NCBI GenBank assembly: GCA_051362555.1
Contig: CM120643.1
Location: 21,952,848 to 22,016,847 of the forward strand
Source: Lingula anatina
Taxonomy: Eukaryota; Animalia; Brachiopoda
Reading direction: 5' to 3'
Length of the DNA stretch: 64,000 nucleotides
The position numbers and the translations under genes are program-made. This document shows positions 39,751-51,806 of the stretch, one piece after another. Every line of letters begins with the position of its first letter. The first letter of the stretch is position 1. A model generated the notes under the pieces. The model saw nothing but the letters and a program-made list of their open reading frames with translations, did no database searches and was not told where the DNA came from.

Positions 39751-42700
39751 ATGGAAAGCAAGTCGAATAATTTAACACAGAGCACTTCTTTTATCGCGGG
39801 GAGTTCTGAAAAGACTCCGTTGTTGAAGCCAACATGTGACGACGGGGCGGCGGAGGGTCCCGAAAAAATTTCGAACGGCCGCGGAGGATGGCGGGCGGTG
39901 ACCATTATAATGGTTTTGGATTTTCTGCAGCACGTGGCGTACTTCACCGTGGTCACAAATATGGCTAGTCTGTGGTACGTTGAATTCAAACAAACAGACG
40001 TGGAATCTTTGAGCTACAGAATGATTTTTATTGGTAAGTAATCTTATTTGTCAAATACATGTACATCGTTTGTGTATTTTTTATTGTTCTCATTCTAAAT
40101 AAGACTGGACAATAAGCAAGGAATTAAAAGTTCAAATACAAAAATATAACAATAATATTCCAGGTGTTTGTCATTGCATGTCATTAGTGGGAGGAATCAT
40201 GGCAGACGTCTTTGTGGACAAGAAAAAAATGCTAGCCGTAGGATTTACTGCCTATCTTACAGGTCAGTTGCATTGATTCCATGGAGATAGTAAATTACCA
40301 AAAAGCAGTGTACGAAGGAGTTAATTAAAAACTAGCTGTAAAGTTGATTTTGAAACACGTGTATTTACTCCATCTTTATCAACTCGTATTAGATATTAGC
40401 CAATTTAGTATACGTCCTCGCACACCAGAATTCTATATTTTAAAACCCCTACACTAATGCTTCTTGTTTACATCTCCTTTCATCAAGCAATAAGCCCCCA
40501 CACAAGTGACCCCTTATAACAGGCCCTGTGATTAATCGATGTGGTCCTGGTCGACTCTTGGTCGAATTTAAATGCAGCCTCCCTCAATTATATATATGTA
40601 TATTTTTGCTTTTAAAATGCCACAATGTGCCGCCTTTTGGTAGGAGAATGACAGAATTGATTTTTTTTTTGTGCAGGCGCAAGTTTATTGGAGGCAGCAG
40701 CTGCAGCAAAACAGGTTAGTACACATGTAGTTCGCATATGTATGTGTCAGAATTGGAGACGCGTTTTTTTCTTCAGATTATTTAATTATCACATCTAGAA
40801 TATTGTACGTATAAATACGCATGAAAATGAATGCTAAATATTTAAATATAAAGCAAGTTTCATTATTGGCTTGATTTTGGCTGTTTAAAAAACATTTACT
40901 TTGAAAGCTGTGACCTCTATTGCAGAAAATACATGTACATGTAGATCTATGCAAATTACAGAATTTCTCAACACTTGCAATCATGATGCAAATATACAAC
41001 TTAGTTTGCTTATCAGCTGAATAACTAGGCCGAAAATGTTATCTGTGATAATGTCGTACTATGATAGAACTGATATTAGTGATTTAAATCGGGATATTTC
41101 TCATTGAAATATATTCAACACCCTGAGGAATAACTGTAAAACCTTAACCGAATGCGAACCCAGGTTTTTGTTAAGGGGGGGGGGGGGGTCACAAGGATGC
41201 ATTGATTATAAAAAATAGACAAGGACAAGTTCACTATAATGTAGGCTAAAGGACATGGGGATGAAAAATCGGGGCAAGAGAAAAGGGACATGGTCGTGCC
41301 TGTCCACTTTGCCCTCCTTTGATCCGCCGTTGCGCATACATGTACATGTAGTTGACTTAACTTTGTCGGCCATCCGAGTTAAACTCCCTAACTATTCAGG
41401 CCAGTAGAGAGCCCCCTGTCACTTAAGTCACCCTGCCTATCTGTCTGTCTGTCTGTCTGTCTGTCTGTCCACATGTCTTTTTGACATTGTGTATCTGTTC
41501 TTGACTCAGTTTATCAATGAAATGCATATTACAGTGGCCTGTACGAGAAAACGTCGCTGTTGCCGCCTTAGCATTATGTGTGATCGGGGAAGCCTGTATC
41601 TCTCCCAATTTGGCTGTCCTGGGCGTCACGCAGTTATCCAAATGTGAGCACAACTGTGAATTATTCATGCACATGTGAGTTATGACTATGATTTATATAC
41701 AATATACAAACGGGACGTGAATATCGTGAATAGAGAGCGCTAGTTCTCTGTCTGTTACATGTAATAGTATATCAACCATTTCTGTCGTATCGTGTGTGTG
41801 TGTGTGTGTGTGTGTTAAATGGTGCAAATTTACCTTGATATACTTACAAACTAAATGATATGATAATGATCTGTTGTAATATTGCAACTTCAAGTAACTT
41901 AACTGACTCGACAATGCTAAAATTAGACTGGCAAAAATGTTAGAAGAGACTGAAAACTGGTTGTGTAGCATCAACGATGCACGCCGATGAAATCTTTGAA
42001 ATAAGTCATATAATTTATCACAAGGTTATATTTATCACGGAACTGTGGCGCGTTCCTTGTGAACACACTTCTAGCGTTCGAGATTGGCCTGTCCAACAAG
42101 GGAGAATACTGGAAGAATTTTTTGCCGAGTTTGGTGGCGACGGCCTTAGCGTTCGTTATTTACTTGACTGGACTAAGGATATTCAAATTGGATACGAAGT
42201 CTGAAGGTAAATACGAAGTTTGAATTCCATTCATAAAAAAGCACCCTGCGTTTTAGATACATTTATTATCCACGGCATCCTGACTATCAGAGACTATCGA
42301 GATCGTTAGCCATCGTCAGCTCTCTTAAACTCGGGATGAACGATTCTTTCACATTCCTTTTAGATATATATTTATATTATTTTATACAGCGGGTTCTGAG
42401 ACATGCAGAAGTTTTTATTTATTGGCCAGTCATGTTGGTTGGCTAAAGCAATCCCGGACAGAGCAGAGTTATACCCTCACATCTCATATTCGAGACAGAA
42501 AAGAAACAGCTTTTGACAATCTAAAAAAGCTTGTCAAGATAGTGCTGGTGAATTCCTCAGTCTTTGGCTTCAACATTATATACTCACAGGTGAGTGTTGG
42601 TCCATCACGGTCCATCTTGGTCAAACATGGAATAAAAGACACCTTTTGGCAAAAATAGGAAAAATTCCCAAACATTTTAAAAAGAACCTAGAACAGTTTT

Positions 42701-44815
42701 TTCAAAACATTGCTATTTGATGCCAACTTGAGACATAAATAGGTTAAGTTGTAAAGATAGTACATGTAAGTGACACCCGTGGATCATCTGAGAATAATCA
42801 AGAATATGATCATAGAGCCGTCAGCCTCCTTCGATATTTTGAAAAAAAAAAAAAAAACATCGCGAAAAGTCTTATCAAGTTCCGATTTTTTTCCCTAAGA
42901 ACTGATAGCTGTTATAACCACCGTATGATATATGCATTTATTTTCTGCCTTTTTGTATGGAGATGTTAACAACATACGGAATCCAGGCCGACAGCGTGCT
43001 CTCTCCGCAGCACATCCAGGCACCTTGCGCATTCATGTCTAGCTTCAATGACACCACGGTCATCATCCTGGTGGCAGTCATCCTGGCCATGTTCAGCTCG
43101 AGACTTCGGTGGAGGAAACTAAAAGTGGACTTGTTTTCAAGAATGGGTAATGATATTTTTGGCTTCCATAGCGACACCAGTAAACACCAGTGCTGATAGC
43201 CTACCCCATGTAGGGGCGGCTCCAGAGATATTTTCTGACAGTCTTCCAAATTATCTTTGTTGATCCATGACGACATAATGGTTAATTCGATGTTCATGAT
43301 AGTGATAGTGTAAGATAATTTAATTGATATAATATATCAATGCCATATAACTCCATGTTTGGCACCGCATATTAGGAATTTAAAAATCAAAACAAACAAC
43401 TTTGGCTTATCTGGCATGTTGTCAAACGACATATACACTGTACGTGACTTTTATAGTATCCGATCTTTAGTTCCAAGATTTTATTATTATTATTTATTCA
43501 GGTATTGGTTTGGTGTGTGCTGTATTATCAGCCTTTGTTGCCATTGTCCTGGAGTTCGAGAGAAAGAAGGACTGCAAAGCAAATCATGGAGTTTCTTCGT
43601 TATCGGTTTTTGTTCTCATTCCCCAGTACGCACTGATAGGATTGGGAGAAATATTGACATTGGTATCAGGTATGAAAATAAAGTAGAGAGAGACAGAGAC
43701 ATCCAAATGACTGTGCGTTAAACTCACTTAAGTTAGTACCAGCCCATTATAAAATAATAGCTTACACCTTTGAATATTTCAAATTCTAGCTCTTTTTGAA
43801 GACTTTAGCTATTAGTATCTATAGAATTGATAACTTCATGAAAACGTATGATATATGTACTTCACAGAAAATCGTTTCAGTAGTATGTTGAAAATATTTT
43901 AATGTCCAAATTATTACCTCTAATTCAGGAATGCAATTGGCGTACCTGGGCGCCCCTAAAGGACTTCGGTGCACGTCGCTGGGGCTTCTGAAAACTGCTT
44001 TAGGTCTGGGGGATTTCACTGCGTATGGTGTGCTTGAACTGCTAGAGCGCTTTAATCCAGGTAGATATCTTGAAAACTGTCCTCACAAGGTATTTCAATC
44101 GTCCTTGTACAAGCCCGTCTTAAAAAAAAACACTGGTGTTTCTGACGTTGTGGATAAAAAGAGTCGCTGGTATAAACACCTTGACTTGGTGCGTGAAGCG
44201 AGAATGCTTTGTTAATCCTAATAGCATAATTGAATTTGATGTTGAGTAGGCAGATATGTATTTCGACTTTTCCCAAAACTTTCAATGAATGACCTTGCAT
44301 TAAGCCTTTACAATGATATCACTTATAAAGGAATCGGTATGTTAAGTAGGGTTTTAAGGTACTAAAAATATGGCATAAACGTTTCTTTTAAAATCCTTAA
44401 TATATAATCCGAGAAGAGTGCCCGACGGTTTTCATTTTACAAAGCAATGCTTAAAGTACAACCACTTCCATCTGAACAATAGAAAGAAGGCTATATTCAG
44501 TCACACCTATAAGTGCACATCTAGCTCAATGTTATATAATCGGTTTCAATTTTGTTCCCTCTAGATTGGTATGACCATCACGACAGATGCATGAGCCTGA
44601 ACTTGGGCCGCACTGACGACTACTTGCTGTTTTTAGTGGGTCTCCTAGTGGGTTGCTTTATTTTCTTTCTCATCGTGGCCCGGTACGTCAGCACAAGCGA
44701 TCGTATTAGTTCAAGGACACGCCGAAATACGACGACGTTACTGGGAGTGACGTCACAAAGAACTACATCAAAACTCTCTGTAAATAATTCAAATGTTAAT
44801 AAAGAGAAAGACTGA
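39751..44815 (+). CDS. SLC15/POT (PTR2) family transporter, SLC15A4-like, gene 1
   Basis: Exons ~39751-40033, 40164-40262, 40677-40714, 41534-41674, ~42026-42206, 42390-42589, 42963-43147, 43502-43669, 43929-44060, 44564-44815. Motifs GGIMADVF, LYLSRNCGAF, IIYSQ..TTYGIQA, LIPQYALIGLGE, LAYLGAP; N-terminal EKTPLL. Some boundaries approximate. Confidence 0.8.
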
Positions 44816-46084
44816 AATGCAGCCATTTCTGAAAGGTTGCCCATGCTCTTGTCAAATCTTACACGATGTCGATTTATTTATCTGCTGAGTGATGACTTTC
44901 TAGTGTGACGTCACTTGCAGCTAAAATTGCGTAATATTTATGCCTAAATGGGGTAGGGCAATTTAAGACAATTATAAGAACACAGTTTTAACAAAGACTT
45001 AGACTCAGTTGGAAATTGCATTCCAAGAAAAATTATGTAGGCTCTGTTTGTAAGACCTAGAATCCTTCTTAAATACAACACTTGCCACACCACCGCATAG
45101 CCTCTATTTATCTATAGCATATTTTCTGTTCCTGTAAATAATTTCCTATTCTTATATCTTAAGGATGATGGAAAGGAAAACCATTATCGTGATAGTCATT
45201 TTTGAATCACTCAGTACACGTTACTGGCTCCGAGCTTTCGGAGAACATGTCTGTCTGAGTGTCTCCTTGTGTATGGAGTGACCTAAATGAGTAGTATACG
45301 ATATTTGTCTTGATTGCAGGTTTAAATACCAATTTCATCGTGTTATATGAATCATATAATTAATAATAATTTTGAATCTTTGGTTATCATGTTGACTATA
45401 ATAGTCAAAGCTAGCCATAGCTCAATTGAAGTTCAATATCTGTAGCACCAATATAAGGACTTTTACGTGAAAAGACAGGAAATATTATATTGACAACGCA
45501 GACTTCTAAAGACCAGCAATATGTTCGTTTTAAATCGTTATAGAGCACGATGAGGTCCACAGCTGTTCACACCTGGGCGGTTTTCGTATTGAGTAGTCTT
45601 TACTCTTTCAAATGTCGACTGCGGACTTGCCCCGGGTTCTGTATGAACATATGAACGGTCTTTAGAAGCAAGGGGCCAACACAGCACAGTTGGGCTTAAA
45701 AAGACAAGTGAATGCCTGTTAAAAGCAATAGAGGCGAAGCAACTTTTGTAAAAAATAAAAATTTTCTCTCTGATTATCCCATCTCTGATGGCACATTTTG
45801 ATGAAATGCAGTACATGCGGAGTTAGCTATGGCTCAATTGAATTTCATGATCAGTAGCACCAATATAAGGACTTTTAAGTGAAAAGAAAGGAAATATTAT
45901 AATGACGACGCAGACTTCTAAAGACCAGCAATATGTTCGTTTTAAATCGATCACTTAATGTAAACTTTCTAAAGTATACCGTGTTTTTATGCAAAAGGTA
46001 AATTGCGAAGACCCACGAGAGCCCACATTCGTTGTCGTGACATCCTGATTCAGGGACCCAGTCGTTGTCGTGATGGGGTGACGT

Positions 46085-46186
46085 GCCTCATCCGGGATTC
46101 GAACTCGTGACTTTGCGTTTCCATGGTTGATGACGCTTTGGATTGCTCATTTGCATCCATGCACGCTACCGACTGCGCCGTGACAG
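46085..46186 (-). repeat. tRNA-derived (SINE-head-like) Pol III promoter module
   Basis: Minus strand GGCGCAGTCGGTAGCG (A box) ... GAGTTCGAATCC (B box); no clean cloverleaf. Confidence 0.5.
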
Positions 46187-46223
46187 ACCCGCCCACCCTC
46201 CGTACGTTCGAGTTACTTCTTAA

Positions 46224-47612
46224 AGGCCTACTGTGCTCTAGGAACACAGAGCGTTCACTGCTTTTTTTACAGTATAAAAACTATAAATCGACGTCAAAAA
46301 ATTGTTCTTTTTAAGTTTTAGAGAGAAAAGATGAGATTTAGATGAGAAAATTCTGATTGGTCAGTTTCTAGTGACGTAACCTGGGTAGTAGCTTCCCACA
46401 GCTGTACTAGTAATAGTATATACTATGCAGTAGGTGACTAAACATCCAGGTGTCAGAAAAACAAAATGCCGCAAAGTTGTGTTGCTCCCGGGTGCCGTAA
46501 TGTAGGTTACGATAAGAAAGACATCTGCTATTATATCCTGCCTGCGGATGCCGCAAAATGTAAAATTTGGCTCAATTCTCTGAAGTTAAAAAATCCCAGC
46601 ACAGTGTCAAAACACGCGAGGATCTGTAGCGACCACTTCGAGCCGGAATGCTTCGTACGTGACCTGCGAGCTGAATTGTGCGGTGGAAAAGCACGGAGAA
46701 AACTAAAAGATGATGCTGTACCCAGTATATTCGATTTTTCGGAGTACCAAAATGCGACAGTAAATGCCAGAGCGCTGCCGACGAGAGTCTTAGGCCTACC
46801 TGTAGGATGTGTGCATGATGCGGCGTCGAAAGGAAGAAGAGAGCAGCTTCTAGAGCCCCAAAAAAGTTCGTAGCAGAGGTACGTTGTCGAATTTTTTGGT
46901 TATGTTAGTGAAAACTTTAATATTAACATGATAGTGGAATCACATTTTTACTCGACATACTGCTGCACTGATCACGTGTAAGGCGGAAGTAGCGAGGTAA
47001 GTTGCAGAGGTGTGAAATGTAGTGTCCAATGCTATCAGTCCGATATCTTTGGCCTTTTGTCCACTGACCTGGCTCTCCCGGAATGACACTGGTAAACTGC
47101 ACGGGTGTGAAAAATAATGTTAGCTGTCACACCTGCATGTATTAGGTAACTTTCTCTTATCAGTCGGGATAAGAACATTCAGCTGACGCGACAGATGGGC
47201 ATGTGTGAAAAACTACGTTCGCTGCCCTGCTTCCAAACCTTTACTGTTAACATAGTTTTGGTGTATTTTGTTGGTTAATAAATGATAACCACGTAGGGAA
47301 TTCATCTTCTTTTGTGTATCTATCCTTCAATTCGTTCTCTGTTCATTTTTACAAAATAGTTCAGACAAAGCGATCGAGTAAATGTAAGTAAGCGGATAGC
47401 TGAATCGAATATGGCTTTCTGAGCCTCGACGCAAGTGACGTCACTCGCCTCAAAGCGCTACCACGCGGGAGTATCGTAAACTACATTCACACCTGCATAA
47501 AATCGGCTTTAAAAACTAAATAAACGTAAGAACTTTTTTTTTCATTACTCAAAAATGACTTTTGGGCACCTAATGGATAGTTTTAACCCGTTTTTTCATC
47601 ACAGTATACCTT
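46224..47612 (+). mobile_element. Kolobok-like DNA transposon, internally deleted, THAP-encoding
   Basis: TTAA flanks (46220-46223, 47613-47616), imperfect TIR AGGCCTACTGTG / CACAGTATACCT, THAP ORF inside; no DDE domain visible. Confidence 0.65.
46466..46873 (+). CDS. THAP zinc-finger ORF (transposon-derived)
   Basis: MPQSCVAPGC...LP...W...RICSDHFEPECF...LKDDAVPSIF: C2CH signature, conserved P/W/F and AVPTIF-like box. Confidence 0.85.
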   Translation: MPQSCVAPGCRNVGYDKKDICYYILPADAAKCKIWLNSLKLKNPSTVSKHARICSDHFEPECFVRDLRAELCGGKARRKLKDDAVPSIFDFSEYQNATVNARALPTRVLGLPVGCVHDAASKGRREQLLEPQKSS

Positions 47613-47664
47613 TTAAGTAATCAATCGCAATTTTTAAAAATAAATTCTGACCAGAAAGGACATT

Positions 47665-47748
47665 TACGCCTGCTGGGCCTCGAACCAGCCTACGAGTATT
47701 TGCCGGTATCCCAGACAACAAAGATACCACGGAGCCACGGCAGCTTCG
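47665..47748 (-). repeat. Second tRNA-like A/B-box module
   Basis: Minus strand TGGCTCCGTGG (A-box-like) ... GGTTCGAGGCCC (B-box-like). Confidence 0.4.
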
Positions 47749-47781
47749 TTGATACATGGTGATCAGATGGAATCTTTCAAC

Positions 47782-47870
47782 CTTGTCACAGAGAGGGTCA
47801 GATTGGATGCACTTGTATATAACTGCTTGTCACAGAGAGGGCCAGATTGGATGCACTTGTATATAACTGC
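47782..47870. repeat. 44-bp tandem repeat x2
   Basis: CTTGTCACAGAGAGGGYCAGATTGGATGCACTTGTATATAACTG occurs twice. Confidence 0.85.
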
Positions 47871-50767
47871 TGTCCCAATCGATAATCCGGGTGCCGCGTT
47901 TCATCCCACGCAACCCCAGTCCTCGACCATGGTTTATCATGAACGGTAAATTCCATGATGTACAGGAAGTCCTGTTTGAGAACCCGACACGGAGCTCGGA
48001 GTTTGATTTATACTTTGAATAATTTTGGCTTTACCTATGATATTAAAGAGTACAAAAGGATCAGAAGCGGTTTACAACAGGCGTGTTTTAGTTTAAGGGA
48101 CACCCTAAGAAGAGCTAGGGAATAAAGATAAAATCAAATGTGTAATTGCTGGTGCGATTTCCATTTAAGCAATTGCAGCGATGGAAACATTTGAGTAAAA
48201 CATAATTGGCAAATAATTCCGCCTAGAAGATATAGTTTTTCTGCTGAACACGGTTAACAGGTACCAATTCAAGTTCGGTCGTGTCGCTTTCATTGATGGG
48301 TCTGCTCGGAAAGTTCCGAGTAAGACGACGTCAGATGCTTTTATTTTCATTCTGTTTTGCACTGAGATAACGTTTGGTTTCACCTTTGACGTTATAGAGC
48401 ACGATGAGGTCCACAGCTGTTCACACCTGGATCAAAGGCGGTATACAACAGGCGTGTTTTAGTTGAAGGAAGATATATATTATTATTATAACCTGTAAAT
48501 ATATTTTGACTCTTCTTCCTTATCACCCTAACAAGACAGTAACAACTGATTGACCAACAGATACTGTATGACCTGGGTTTCAAAAAAAAAAAAAAAAAAA
48601 AAAAAAACAAAAACAATCAAGTGTGGCCCGATCTACCGGTTAATTCAGGATCATTTAGTGCCGAGTCTTGAATTTGGATAGGCCTGATATAAGTAAATTC
48701 CAGTATAATATTTCACCTAGAACCAACGCTTTTTTCCAGAATCGGGGTACTGGCAGTCCAAAACTGCCATCTGTAATTTCTTTCAAAATTTCAGGGCGTC
48801 AATCTTTTCCAAGTACCGGGAGCGGGGGTGGGGGTGGGGTAAAAGTTCATTGAAAAAATATTTTAAAAATAATAAATTTCATTGGGGAGGGAGGTTTAAA
48901 AATTATCGATAACGATCACCTGCTGACGCTCTTTCCCTGGGAAAGCCTTGCTTAAAACGGTATATTTATTTACTGTACGTGACACAAACTTATGCAATAC
49001 TGTTGTTCGCTGTGGTTTGCGGCAGTTATCCCCGGTAGTTGTCAGAAAATACATGTAGTCTGAAGAACAATTGATCGTTGTTGGATTATTACGCCTTCTT
49101 ACTATCCTCCTTGTTATATCCATGGTCAGCTAAATGACGAATCTCCTAAAAGCTAAACTTATATATGGTTTCATCCAAAATCAACCAATTATATTACAGG
49201 ATAAAGTTCTGATATATCAATTTTTTATTATTTGCTTGTGAACATTGCCCATGTCACCCTGTTAATTTGGAGGACTAAGCTGGATCAAGTCCGTGTCAAA
49301 ATTCTTTGAAGCTTTGCAGGAAAAATCTTCTTTTGTTTCTCTGGCTCCTTAGAAAGGCCGCTATCCAGATTTTATCTAGTGCTCCCAGGTCTGCTGTAGC
49401 TGCTCTTTAGATTTTTATCTGAGATAAATATCGCCAGCTAGAGTGCGTTCGATACACTTAAGACAAAGGCTACCTGAGAGTTGAAGGGCACTTAACCCTT
49501 CAATTAAGAGGTAAAGGAAGTTCCAGCTACATGGACGATTAAGATAGGACTTCTGAAGGCAGCTAGTATTATATATATATATTGTTTATTTACCTTAATT
49601 CTGTGAAAGCCAACGAGTAGGGCCCCCGGGTGTCAGAACAATGGTGCGTATACAACTTATACAGAAGATTGTACATTCAGGTGACGCTAACTTGCAATCG
49701 AAGGGAATTTTCGATTATACACCGTGAAAAATACACTAAATTCATGGAGAATAATATCATAATTGACAAAAAAAAAAAAAAAAAACATTGTGCATCCGTG
49801 CGTATGCCTGGTTACGCCGGCCCTTGCTATTGAGTATAGATAAATGGGGTTATAGTGCATTGACGCACTTAGATAAGTAACAACCTTTTGGTGACTTAAG
49901 ACTTCGCAACAAACTACAGTAAGCGCAAGCATTTTATTATTATTATAACCTGTAAATATATTTTGACCCTTCTTTCATATCACCCTAAGAAGGCAGTAAC
50001 AACTGATTGACCACCAGATACTGTATGACCTGGGTTTCAAAATTATCGCAACATACCTGAACATGCGCTTTTGTGTTGTTATGCTGCAGGTTGACCGTCG
50101 CTTCATCAAGCTAGATATTTGGTTTAGCACTGCAGTAATCGGGCATAGTAAACCAAACAGACTTTACTGACTGCCTTCCGCTTTGGGACCCTGGTCAGTT
50201 AGATTCTTATCATTTTCTACTGACAGACAGCTTTTGCGGCAGGGTTTGAAAACGATGTGGTAAGGCCTTCTACAACATGTTCATGTATAGTTACACTTTG
50301 AACAATGGTAATTAGCCACCCTTTTAATTCACTTGACACCTACTTACGTGAAAAATACCTATTTAATGCTCAATGGAAGTGATCGTAAAAAATACACAAT
50401 ATGGATGTCACTTACGAATCTAGGATTTTGCTAAAGGAGGTGTACAAGGATACAAAACATTTTCTCCTTTTGCTTGTCAAATTTTAACCTGTAGATGAAG
50501 AACGGGTGGAAAAACTGCTTTATTTTACTCATTCCAGTCGTTAAACCTTTTCTCTTGAGGGGGAAGAGTGAGAAAGGGATTATTGAGAACCCAAATGATG
50601 TCTATGTACATGTACCCGTTGTGGGATTGTAATAATTTGAAATCGTTATCTTGAATCTTTCTATTTAATACGTGGAGTTTTAATGTCTCAAATCGTACTA
50701 CTCATACATGTATGTCTCACATCTTCTTACATCCAATAAATATGCGTGGCATTACCCGAAATAATCT

Positions 50768-50798
<31 letters not shown>

Positions 50799-51806
50799 TT
50801 GGTTTTATATTCCCTATAGCATGCACCTCTGTCTATAAGCACGGTTGTTCTGATATAAATCACAGCTATTTTTGGTACGGTGATAGTGATCAACATTAAA
50901 AGATTGACGGGTCCCAAAAAAAATCTTATATATTTAGTACCTGTTCTATTGGGTGCACAATCCCTATGACAGAAAGCCATTTAACTGATAACATATTAAC
51001 TGAAGTCAAATAACTCCTTGAGACACATGACCGCAATCGAGACAATTGGGATTTGATCATACTGGTATATCATTCTTCACACTTGAACCATAATTAATTA
51101 CTCCGAGAAAAACCTACATGGCTCCTAGACAAAACACTTGCTGCAGTTCGTTCGCCAATCTTCAGGGACTGTTTTTGTTTTTTAATATCCAAGTATTATG
51201 TATATACAGGCAGACTTCTGTGACGTCACACTCACTACGCTACATTCTGCAACAGAGCGGTCTACTGTCAATTCCTAATGGGAATCAAATCTCTAATCCA
51301 TATCATCAAGATTAGAGGCACGCGCCGCTGATAACACTGGGTCCATCAGCATGAGAAAGTGTAAATGCGAGCCGATAGAGAGCATTGTTAATTTATCAGT
51401 TCACGTTGATAACGACCTTTATTATATAGAGGCCTGTATATACCAAACCAAGGGGTGAGCATTTATCTAAGTGATCAGTTTATCATTGGTTATGGATTGG
51501 GACGAGAAAGGAATGGATCTGCGACATTGATGTTATACAAGGTAAACTGGTTACAAAGTTATGGGCCTTCTAATGTAGATGTACTACCGAACGCTTAGAG
51601 ACAAAATGGTGATACGAAAATATGTCAGAAGCTCACGTTAGCATAGTAGGTCCCAAACAGCACTACACATTTATGTTTGAAAATTAAATGTCAATGGCCT
51701 ACATGTACCAGAACATGCGGGTATGATCATGTACCAGAAGTGGGATATCAACAAATTACTAATCACCACATGTTGAAGGTGATTGACAAAGTTTAAATGT
51801 CCTAAA

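Noticed and set aside
46085-46186. Bona fide tRNA gene
   Set aside because: A and B boxes are present, but I could not build a convincing acceptor stem and anticodon arm; treated as a tRNA-derived repeat.
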